Origin: Nitrosopumilus sp. | GTDB taxonomy: Archaea > Thermoproteota > Nitrososphaeria > Nitrososphaerales > Nitrosopumilaceae | Direction: 5' to 3' | Assembly (NCBI GenBank): GCA_963662625.1 | Contig: OY759726.1 | Location: 1,280,001 to 1,344,000, forward strand | Length of the DNA stretch: 64,000 nt | Shown: in pieces, positions 38,907 to 48,200 of the stretch | How the letters are laid out: the number at the start of each line of letters is the position of its first letter | How positions within the stretch are numbered: position 1 is the first letter of the stretch | Made by a program: the position numbers and the translations under genes | Notes under the pieces: generated by a model | Seen by the model: the letters and a program-made list of their open reading frames with translations, nothing else | Database searches by the model: none | What the model was told of the DNA's origin: nothing

Positions 38907-40058
38907 CTGCCTCCTGTACCCCCTAAGGTAGAATGCCGCGGCCGCCGCCGCGACCACCGCTATTATCACCGCCACCACGGCCGACTCGTCGAGCGCCGGC
39001 GGCTCCCCGGCCGCCTGCCCCGGCACCCCCAGCGAAAACGCCAGGCTGCCAGCGTCCACCGACGCCTCCTTGCCGAAGATCCACTTGGCCTGGATCTTCT
39101 CCCCCTCCCGCGGGTCAAAGACCCACCCTGCCACCGTCACGTCCGTGGGCAGCATCTCGCCCCCCACGGCGGCCGTTTCTAGTATGCCGCCCCTGACGTC
39201 AGACGCCCTGGCCGGCTCCGGGGACAGCACCACCACCTGCAGGATCGAGTTCAGGGGGTAAAAGCCGGAGGAAAAATACCCGGATCTCTCAAGCTCCCCG
39301 GCACGGAGGTATTCCAGCGGGCTTACGTCGGTGATCCCGGCCGCGGTGCCGGCGTAGCCGACCGAAGCCTTCAACTGCAGCAGCGAGTTGTTCTCGAGCG
39401 GGATCAGCGAGAACGTCATCTTGGCGTTGTCCTGGAGCGAGAGGTTCCTTGCGGCATCGTAGAACCCGCCAGCCTCCCTGATCGCCCTCGGGACCAGGAT
39501 CGAGGAAACCTTCTCGTACATCGAGCCCGTCGACTCCATCGGCATGGTGTACACGGCGGAGACCGTGCCGCCGCCTGACACCACCCCGGAAGTGCCCAGG
39601 ATCTCGCTCGTCCTGTCGCCGCTGTGCACAAACACCGAGTGGAATTCCGCGTCCGTGTCGAACGCCCCGTTTATCGCGTCGATGTACGCCGCCGACGCCT
39701 CCCTGGCGGCGTCCTGGATCTCGGGGAAACTCGTGTCCGCCGGATCCCTCTTCATGTTGATCATGATGCACGACTCGCCGGCGACCCCAAGCACGCACCG
39801 CTCCTCGTTCGTGAGAACGACCGCGCTGATCCTTCCGTCCTCCCTTATCCTCTGCTCTAGCGCGGCGGGAACCTGCAGCTCCTGCACGCTGGTGCTCTGC
39901 AGGGTGATCGACGCCGTGACGCTGTTGGAGATGGTCTTGTCTATGATGACCTGGGCGGTCTCCTGGTACGTGGCAAGGCCGATCTCCTGGGAGCGCGCCT
40001 CGTGGGCTCCCATAAACGCCAGCCCCGCCACGATGGTAAGGAGTAAGATCCGCCGCAA
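38895..40058 (-). CDS. Membrane-anchored surface hypothetical protein
   Basis: Signal peptide and C-terminal TM + basic tail; TTG at 40058 fits TATA at ~40084 better than GTG at 40070. Confidence 0.7.
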   Translation of the reverse strand: MRRILLLTIVAGLAFMGAHEARSQEIGLATYQETAQVIIDKTISNSVTASITLQSTSVQELQVPAALEQRIREDGRISAVVLTNEERCVLGVAGESCIMINMKRDPADTSFPEIQDAAREASAAYIDAINGAFDTDAEFHSVFVHSGDRTSEILGTSGVVSGGGTVSAVYTMPMESTGSMYEKVSSILVPRAIREAGGFYDAARNLSLQDNAKMTFSLIPLENNSLLQLKASVGYAGTAAGITDVSPLEYLRAGELERSGYFSSGFYPLNSILQVVVLSPEPARASDVRGGILETAAVGGEMLPTDVTVAGWVFDPREGEKIQAKWIFGKEASVDAGSLAFSLGVPGQAAGEPPALDESAVVAVIIAVVAAAAAAFYLRGYRRQSHQ

Positions 40059-40302
40059 TGGTTGCTCCACTTGCGACCGAACTATTAAATTTTCTATGGG
40101 CTTTCGCGCGGCGCCGGCCCCCGGCCCCCGGCGCGGCGTGCCCCCGCGGTCCTCCGGGGGCCGGCCCGCCGCGAATCCGGGTTGGCGGCGGATCGCGGTT
40201 TCAAACGTTTAAATCAGGCGCTCCCGTACGCCTAATGACATCGAATTCAAACCGTTCGGGGAACAAGCTGGCAGTCCGTGCGTTGGGCTGCCAGCCTCCT
40301 AT

Positions 40303-42075
40303 TCATTCCAGCCTTGAGAGATCCCTTACCTGTTGACCCACGTAGTCGAACCCGTCCTGCCAGAACCCCGGCGACCTGATGTCAAAGCCGTGCTCTTCCA
40401 GGAGGTCCTCGGGCTTTTTGGATCCGCCGGCCGCGAGGATGCCCATGTACGAGGGGACAAAGTCCTTGCCCTCCCTCTTGTACCGCCGGAACAGCGACAG
40501 CGCGAGCAGGTTGCCAAAGGAATACGCATAGCAGTAAAACGGCGTGTGGTAAAAATGCGGGATGCAGCTCCACTCCACCGCAAAGTCCTCGGAGACGTCG
40601 ACTGACCTCCCGAACTGCTCCTCCAGGTTTTTCATGTAGGTGCCGGAAATCTCGTCGACCGTGGCCCCGCCCGCGATCTGCTCGTGGGCGGCCACCTCGA
40701 ACACCGTGAAGAACGACTGCCGCAGGATCGTCGCGTACAGGTCGTCGATCTTCTCGGCCAGCATGATCCTCTTCTCGCCGTCGGATATTGTGCCCGAGAT
40801 GCTGTCGTACAACAGCAGCTCGGAAAACGTCGACGCGGTCTCCGCCAGCGGCAGCGACGCCTCCTGGACCAGGATTGACCTGCCGCCGGCCGCCTGGCTG
40901 TGGACCGCGTGGCCCAGCTCGTGCGCCAGCGTGAAGACGTCCCTTGCCCTTCCAGTGAAATTCACCAGGACGTACGGCGTGATCTCAGGCCCCAGGGTGC
41001 TGCAGAACGCCCCGTCCCTCTTCCCCTTCCTGACCTCCGAATCCACGTGGTTCTCGGAGAACACCCTCCTCGCAAAGCCCTCGAGCTCGGGGCTGAACCT
41101 GCCGAGGGACTCCAGGACCATCCTCACGGCCCTGCCGTAGGGGTATCTCTTCTGCCTGGCACCGGCCGAGGCGGGCGCGTAGAGGTCGTACCTCCGCAGC
41201 CGTTCCATCCCGAGCATCCCAGCCTTCCGGATGAAGAACCTCTGGAAGACCCGCGAGTTCTTCCTGCACACCGCCAGCAGCGATTCCACGGTCCCGTCGT
41301 CCACGTCGTTCCCCGTGTTTCTCATGGATATCGGCGAGCCGTACCCCCTGATGTCGATCCCCTCGTCCCTCCAGTTCAGCACGATGTTCTGGTAGATCTC
41401 CCCGACCACCCCAGAGTTTTCGGCGTACTTTGAGAGGAGCGTCCTGTACGCGCCCTCCCTGATCCCGGGGCTCGCGCTGCGGACGTGGTTTGCCAGCTCC
41501 TCCCGCGTGAGGGTCCTGGCCCTGCCCCCGGCCCTCATCCTGTACTCGAACGCGTTCGTGATCTTGTCGTAGATCTTCACGAGCGCGGCGGCCCCGGTCA
41601 CCTCCAGCGTGTTGATTATCCTCTCCTCGGGCTCGGACAGGGAGTGCCTTGCAAGGAGCCTCTTGTGGGCCAGGTATCCCTCCAGCTCCCCTGCCCCCCT
41701 TAGCAGGCGCGCCGCGGTATTCCCGTCCGCCCCGTTCTTCCACCACAGGTCGAAAAACAGGATCCTGTTCGACACCTCCGAGCCCAGCCTGGACATCCTC
41801 GTGAACAGCGCCGTCGCCTCGTCAGACTGCGTGTCCGCCGCGTACGACAGCGACGCGTAGCCCCCCACGATGCTCATCCTCTCGTGGATCGCCTCCAGGT
41901 CGGACAGGATCCCCCGAAACCGCTCCGCCGTGATGCCGGGATCCAGCGCGGCCTTGGCCTCCTCGAACCTGCCCGTCATGTCCCTCAGGGCCCTCACCTG
42001 CCCCTCCAGGGATCTCCTCCCGGCGCCTCCCACAAGCTCGCCCAGATCCCACGGCCCGGGCTCGTACTCCGCCAT
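40303..42075 (-). CDS. pepF: Oligoendopeptidase F (M3B)
   Basis: GKRDGAFC, HELGH, AETASTFSE and IPHFY...FYCYAY. Confidence 0.92.
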   Translation of the reverse strand: MAEYEPGPWDLGELVGGAGRRSLEGQVRALRDMTGRFEEAKAALDPGITAERFRGILSDLEAIHERMSIVGGYASLSYAADTQSDEATALFTRMSRLGSEVSNRILFFDLWWKNGADGNTAARLLRGAGELEGYLAHKRLLARHSLSEPEERIINTLEVTGAAALVKIYDKITNAFEYRMRAGGRARTLTREELANHVRSASPGIREGAYRTLLSKYAENSGVVGEIYQNIVLNWRDEGIDIRGYGSPISMRNTGNDVDDGTVESLLAVCRKNSRVFQRFFIRKAGMLGMERLRRYDLYAPASAGARQKRYPYGRAVRMVLESLGRFSPELEGFARRVFSENHVDSEVRKGKRDGAFCSTLGPEITPYVLVNFTGRARDVFTLAHELGHAVHSQAAGGRSILVQEASLPLAETASTFSELLLYDSISGTISDGEKRIMLAEKIDDLYATILRQSFFTVFEVAAHEQIAGGATVDEISGTYMKNLEEQFGRSVDVSEDFAVEWSCIPHFYHTPFYCYAYSFGNLLALSLFRRYKREGKDFVPSYMGILAAGGSKKPEDLLEEHGFDIRSPGFWQDGFDYVGQQVRDLSRLE

Positions 42076-42183
42076 TCCACATTCGTGGTTCCCCGCCGTT
42101 AAAAAAATTAGCGCGGGGCCGCGCCCCCTCTCCCGGGGGCGTCCTAGTAAGCTTGATTAAGCCCGGGCCGCCCAAACCATCTG

Positions 42184-42369
42184 ATGGCCAGCTACACGGA
42201 TGAGGTAAACCGCATCCACGAGAGGTTCCAAAATGACGTGAAGGGCGCAAAGACCAAAAAGTCGCTGGACAAGGCGTACCGTGCCCACAAAAAAGACCAC
42301 AAGCGCATCCTCAAGAGGCACCTCAAGGAAGAGCAAGCGGCGGTCGCCGAGGCCAAGTCCGCGCTCTGA
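42184..42369 (+). CDS. Small basic helical protein
   Basis: 61 aa, promoter island at ~42155, T-run after the stop. Confidence 0.6.
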   Translation: MASYTDEVNRIHERFQNDVKGAKTKKSLDKAYRAHKKDHKRILKRHLKEEQAAVAEAKSAL

Positions 42370-42378
42370 CCTTGTTTT

Positions 42379-42636
42379 TTAATAGTATTCCCTGTGGACG
42401 TAGCACCACCTCCAAGGGTTCTCTTGGACCGCCACCATCACCGGGTGCCCTGTCTCCTCGTAGTGCTTCGTGGCGTGCGCGCCGACCGACGAGTCGCAGC
42501 ACCCCACGTGCCCGCACGTGAGGCACATCCGCAGGGCCACGAAAGGCAGGTGCTCCCTCTCGCACTCCTCGCACCCGGGGGTCCTCGGCAGGATCCCGCG
42601 TCTCTCGGATGAAAAGTGCTCGCATTTTTCCGCCAC
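42379..42636 (-). CDS. Stand-alone UBP-type zinc finger protein
   Basis: CEH, CEEC, CLTCGHVGCCDSS, HATKH and WRWCY. Confidence 0.9.
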   Translation of the reverse strand: MAEKCEHFSSERRGILPRTPGCEECEREHLPFVALRMCLTCGHVGCCDSSVGAHATKHYEETGHPVMVAVQENPWRWCYVHREYY

Positions 42637-42824
42637 CGCGCCTGGGTATGGCCGGCGGCCCTTTAGTACCTTTTGCCGGGGCTAGTTTGCTGCGTGGCTC
42701 GGCACGGTTCGCGGGCAGTGGCCCGGATGTACCTACGCCCACGCCGCCTTCGCCAGCCGGTTGTACTGGGCCACCGGGCGCGGGCCGTGGCTCCTGAACC
42801 CGGGCCTGCAGCAAAAGCGGCGCG

Positions 42825-43229
42825 TCAGGACTGGTTCCAGCCGGCAATCACGTTGACCAGGTCAGTTGAGGTGACTATCCCGACGACCTCGTCCCCGTCG
42901 ACCACCGCGATCTTTCGGATCTTCTTAGTGGACATCACGGACGCCGCGTCGGCGATGGACATGTCCCGGTCTATCGTCTGCAGGGGGTACGACGCCACCC
43001 TGTCTGCCGGCGTGTCCGTCGGCAGGCTGTTCACCGCCACCTTGATTGCATAGTCGCGGTCGGTGACTATCCCCGTCGGCTTTGTGCCCTTCTTGATCAG
43101 GACCGCCCCAATCCCCTGCTCCATCATCTTCGCTATCTGGAAGATCGTCGTGGACGGGCTGGCCACTATGAGGTTTTTTGACATTATGTCGCTTACCCGG
43201 ATGTCAGAAAACGGCCTGTCCGAACCCAT
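42825..43229 (-). CDS. CBS-pair protein
   Basis: GIVTDRD and GIVTSTDL CBS motifs. Confidence 0.9.
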   Translation of the reverse strand: MGSDRPFSDIRVSDIMSKNLIVASPSTTIFQIAKMMEQGIGAVLIKKGTKPTGIVTDRDYAIKVAVNSLPTDTPADRVASYPLQTIDRDMSIADAASVMSTKKIRKIAVVDGDEVVGIVTSTDLVNVIAGWNQS

Positions 43230-43261
43230 GCCATTAGTGGCCCGTCTCTCTATTTAACTAA

Positions 43262-43747
43262 TTGTGGCCCGCCCGCCCCTGGGGGCCTGAGGATCCCCGG
43301 CCGCCCGGCATCCCGCACGGTGGATGCGAGGGCGCCGGCGCACCGCTCCCGCATGGCGTCCGGTTCGGGGCACGCCCCCCGTATCCTGGAGAGCACCCAC
43401 GCCGACGACGGTACGCGGCCCTGCGCATGGCGCACGGCGAGCGTCCCGGTGGCGCCAGACGCGCACGCGCGGTCCCTGCACATGGACACCAGAACGCGCA
43501 CGAAGTCGGCCATGCCGTACACGGCGTTGTGCCGGCCCGAGAACCCGATGCCCGCCCTCCCCGGCAGCCCGGGCAACATTTTAAACGCCTTGCCGGCCAC
43601 CCTGAGTCGGTGCCCCTGCGGTTCGTTTTGGTTGTACATGACGGATGACAGGGGCGCCTGATCCATTGGTTTTTCTGTCCAAAACGTTCCAGTGCCAGGT
43701 CAATACATGCTGGCCAACGCCCCACAGGGGTACATTTCGATCTACTG
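43262..43747 (-). mobile_element. Truncated IS remnant, ISH3-like (left end plus transposase N-terminus)
   Basis: Minus-strand end CAGTAGATCGAAATG at 43747; ORF with RHNAVYGMADF...RVPSSAWVLSRI...STVRDA...ILRPP breaks off before the expected first DDE Asp. Confidence 0.5.
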
Positions 43748-43802
43748 GGGCCGGGTCTCTCAAAACAATAACAGTGAAATACCGAACGCGCCAACGCCAT
43801 GC

Positions 43803-44117
43803 ATGGCCTCCGTCCTGGTGATCCCGATAGTCGTAGTCGTGATAGTGGGCCTGCTGGGGTACCTGATTTACAGGTTCATGGTATACGACATGCTGTGCAA
43901 GAGAAACGTCGGCCGGATCCTGAAAAAATACAACATCACAAAGTCCCCCTCCCAGATCATACGGGAATACCACGAGAGCAGGGGCGAGCACCCCTCCCAC
44001 AAGGAGATCCAGTCCATGGAAAAAAACTACCGCCAGAACGAGCCGGACCAGTTCCTCGCAATGTACGACTCCATCCGGGACTATTCAAAGAACAAGGAAA
44101 AAGGCAGTGCCGCCTAG
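43803..44117 (+). CDS. Membrane-anchored hypothetical protein
   Basis: N-terminal TM helix followed by a helical soluble domain. Confidence 0.7.
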   Translation: MASVLVIPIVVVVIVGLLGYLIYRFMVYDMLCKRNVGRILKKYNITKSPSQIIREYHESRGEHPSHKEIQSMEKNYRQNEPDQFLAMYDSIRDYSKNKEKGSAA

Positions 44118-44148
44118 GCAACTGGAACGCGTGCAAGCCGGGGCCTGA

Positions 44149-45012
44149 CTAGGGCGCCACTGGAATCTGGATGAACGGCGTTCCGCCATCGCCCACCACC
44201 AGCGGCAACTCGCCGTCCCACGCCTGCGTCTTCAGCCATTCCAGGTAGTTCGGGTTCTCGGCCAGCGCCTTGTTGATGATGGAGATCGCCTCGGCCTCTC
44301 CCTTGGCTTCGGCAATGTTTGCGTTTGCCACGCCTATGGCGTTGGCCTCCCTCTGCTTTGCCTCCACCTCTATCCTCCTCAGGTCGTTTTCAGCCTTGAG
44401 CGCCTTTTGTTCTGCCTCCACCTTGGCCTCGATTGCCTGCGCAAACAGCGGCGAAAACTCAAAATCTGTGATTGATATCACCTCGGTCACGACCTCGAAC
44501 TGGTTCAGCCTCTCCCTGATCGACGACTCGATGTCCTGCTTGACCAGCGGCCTCTTGGTGATCAGCTCCTCCGCGTTGTAGTTTGCCGTCACCTGCTTCA
44601 CGGTCTCCTCTATGGCGGGCTGGATCACCCTGTTCTCATAGTCCAGCCCCAGGTTCTTGTACAGCCTGTGGACGCTTTCCTTGTCAGGGTGGTAGTTGAC
44701 CGTGACGGTGGTCTCCACCGTCTGGAGGTCCTTTGACGCGCTCCTGGTCTCCTTTTCATACTTGAGCGTACGCACCTCGATGTCCACCACCTCGTCCTGG
44801 AACGGGACCACGAAATGCAACCCCTCGTCAAGCGGCGGATTGCTGAGGTCAACCGCGTTCCAGTGCAGCAGGACTCCCCGGTGCCCGGAATCCACGATCT
44901 TGACTGACGCGAACACCACCACGCCTATGATTATCAGGACGATGATGCCTATGGCCACGCCTTTTGCTATCCCGCTGTTGACTTGGACTTTGGGGTTCTG
45001 GTACCTTGACAA
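44149..45012 (-). CDS. Prohibitin/SPFH family protein
   Basis: TM, EGLHFVVP, SKDLQ, AEELITKR and FAQAIEAK. Confidence 0.92.
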   Translation of the reverse strand: MSRYQNPKVQVNSGIAKGVAIGIIVLIIIGVVVFASVKIVDSGHRGVLLHWNAVDLSNPPLDEGLHFVVPFQDEVVDIEVRTLKYEKETRSASKDLQTVETTVTVNYHPDKESVHRLYKNLGLDYENRVIQPAIEETVKQVTANYNAEELITKRPLVKQDIESSIRERLNQFEVVTEVISITDFEFSPLFAQAIEAKVEAEQKALKAENDLRRIEVEAKQREANAIGVANANIAEAKGEAEAISIINKALAENPNYLEWLKTQAWDGELPLVVGDGGTPFIQIPVAP

Positions 45013-45120
45013 CTCACTGGCTTTTCCAGTTTCTCATTATTATACCATCCCAATTCCCCAGCTGAACGAAACGCGCCCATGATCCGGGCGCAACCCGGGG
45101 CTGGCGTCCGACTGCCAGCC

Positions 45121-45138
45121 TTATTATATATATAAATA
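45121..45138 (+). promoter_or_regulatory. Extended TATA element with a (TA)5 run upstream of the giant adhesin
   Basis: ttattatatatataaata. Confidence 0.55.
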
Positions 45139-45282
45139 CATGTCAACCACTTACCAAGTGACTCATTTCATGTTATGTAGAAACAATGATCTCGGACACA
45201 CTGCTGGCAAGGCGCATGCTCAGGTAGCCTTACCTGCGCCTTATCCGTGCATTTGCCCGCATGCCATGGGGGCGTACAAGCA

Positions 45283-48200
45283 ATGCTGAAAGCCCCGCCG
45301 TGCGTTGTAATCGCCATAATGGTGGCCGCAGTCACCGCGTCGTCCGCGGTGCTGGTCGCGGCGGGAGCCGACGCCGCGTACGCCGACCACGCCGACCCCG
45401 TCTCGCTCTCGTCCACGGTGAAGATCGACGGAGTCGCCATCAGCGGGGGCGCCTTCAGCTCCGACAGCAGCTTTGGGGCCAACGTGGCGGGCATCGGCGA
45501 CCTCGACGGCGACGGCACCGCCGACGTCGCGGTAGGCGCGCCGGGCGCCTCGTCCTGCAGGACGTGCACGGGCGAGGCGTACGTCCTGTTCATGAACCCG
45601 GATCTCACCGTAAGGGCAGCCGCCACCGTCAACGGCGATACCCCCAACGGCCCGTCCCTGTCCGCGGGCGACCGCTTCGGCTCGTCCGTGGCGGGCATCG
45701 GCGACCTCGACGGCGACGGCACGGCCGACATCGCCGTCGGCGCGGCGGGCCACGTGAGCGGCGGCGCCGGCGCGGGCGACCTGCACATACTGTTCATGAA
45801 TTCGGACGGCACGGTAAAGCGCACCGCCGAGATAGGCTCCCAGACCCCCAACGGCCCCGCGCTGGCCGCCGACGACAAGTTCGGCGAGTCCGTCACGAGC
45901 CTCGGCGACCTGGACGGCGACGGCGTCACCGACATAGCCGCCGGAGCGCCGGGCCACTACCAGGACGACGTCGGCGCCGGCAGCGTGTACGTAATGTTCC
46001 TCAGGCCCGACGGGACGGTGAAGCGCACGGCGGAGATCGGCAACGGGACCCCCAACGTCCCCGCGCTCCCGGCAAGCGGCAACTTCGGCGAGGCCGCGGC
46101 GGCCCTGGGCGACCTGGACGGCGACGGCTCCCTGGAAGTGGCGGTGGGGGCCCCCGGGGACGCCGCCGGCGCCGCCGACACGGGCGGCGTGTACCTCGTG
46201 TCCGTCAACCCCGACGGCACCGTGAAGCGCGCGGCCGCCGTCGGCGGCGGCGCGCCAAACGCCCCCGCGCTGGCGGGAGGCGCCCACTTCGGCGCGTCCG
46301 TGGCCGGCCTCGGCGACCTCGACGGCGACGGCACCGCCGACGTCGCCGTCGGCGCGCCGGGCGTGTTCCTCAGGTCCGCGTACCCGGGCCAGGTGCACGT
46401 CCTGTTCCTGAACCCCGACGGCACCGTGAAGCGCGCGGCCGCCGTCGGCGGCGACACCCCCAACGGCCCGTCCCTGGACGCGGGCGACCACTTTGGGTGG
46501 TCCGTGGCGAGCCTGGGGGACCTGGACTCCGACGGCTACGTGGAACTGGCGGCCGGGACGTACGGCGACGACACCATCCACGTGATGTCCGTGGGCGGGG
46601 ATGCCGGGAGCCCGGTAAAGCGCACGGGCGAGATCCAGGGGAGGGACGTCGTTCCCCCGCTGGTGGAAAACGATTACTTTGGGTGGTCGGTGGACGGCAT
46701 CGGCGACCTGGACTCAGACGGGGTCCCCGACGTCGCAGTCGGCGCTCCCGGGCGCAACGTCGGGGGGTCGGACACGGGCGAGGCGTACGTCCTGTTCATG
46801 AACCCCGACGGGACGGTCAGGGACCAGGCGAGGATCGACGGCGGCACGCCAAACGGCCCGTCCCTGGCCGCGGGCGACCGCTTCGGCTCGTCCGTGGCGG
46901 GCATCGGCGACCTCGACGGCGACGGCACGGCCGACATGGCCGCGGGATCCCCGGGGCACGTCCTGGGGGGCTCCGGCACGGGCTACCTTTCAGTCATGTT
47001 CCTGAACCCCGACGGCACCGTGAGGGACACGGCCAGGATCGACGGCGGCACGCCCAACGCCCCGTCCCTGGCCGCGGACGCCCGCTTCGGCGAGTCCGCG
47101 TCGGGGATCGGCGACCTCGACGGCGACGGGGTCCCCGACGTCGCAGTCGGCGCGCCGGGGCACGCCACCCGCGGCTCCGGCACGGGCGACGTGCACGTGC
47201 TGTTCATGAACCCGGACGGCACCGTGAAGCGCGCCGCGACGGTCAACGCCGGCTCCCAGAACGGCCCCGCGCTGGAGCCCGGCGCCCGCTTTGGGTGGTC
47301 GGTCGCGGGGATCGGCGACCTGGACTCCGACGGGGTCCCCGACGTCGCAGTCGGCGCGCCGGGGCACGCCACCCGCGGCACCGGCACGGGCGGCGTGCAC
47401 GTGCTGTTCATGAACCCGGACGGCACCGTGAAGCGCGCCGCCCAGGTCGACGGGACGGCCCCCAACGGCCCGTCCCTGGCCGCGGGCGACCGCTTCGGCG
47501 CCGCCGTCAGCGGCATAGGCGACCTGGACTCCGACGGCGTCACCGACGTCGCCGTCGGCGCGCCGGGCCCCGTCATAGGGCAGCCCGGCAGGGAATCCCT
47601 GTTCGTGCTGCTCATGAACCCCGACGGGACGGTAAAGCGCACGTCCGAGATGGGCTCCGGGACGCCAAACGGCCCGTCCCTGACGGCGGGCGACCGCTTC
47701 GGCGCCGCCGTCAGCGGCATAGGCGACCTCGACGGCGACGGCAACGTGGAGGTCGCGGTGGCGGCGCCGGCATCGGCATCCGTGTACGTCGCGTACACGT
47801 CCGCGGCACACGCCTACGGCCACCCGGTATCCCTCCTGTCCACGGTAGAGATCGACGGCGTGGCCATCAGTGGCAGCGTCCTCAGCGCGGACCTTTCCTT
47901 TGGATCCTCGGTAGCCGGAGTAGGCGACCTCGACGGCGACGGCGTGGCGGACATCGCCGTCGGCGCGTCAGGCGTCACTGGCTGCACCTGCACGGGCGAG
48001 ATATACGTGCTATTCATGAACGCCGACGGCACGGTAAAGCGCACCGCCGAGATCGACTCCGGGACGCCCAACGTCCCCGCGCTGATCCCCGGTGACCGCT
48101 TCGGCATTTCAGTGGCAAGCCTCGGCGACCTCGACTCCGACGGCGTCACCGACATCGCGGTAGGCGCCTCGGGGCACGCCCTTGGCGGCGTCACCACGGG

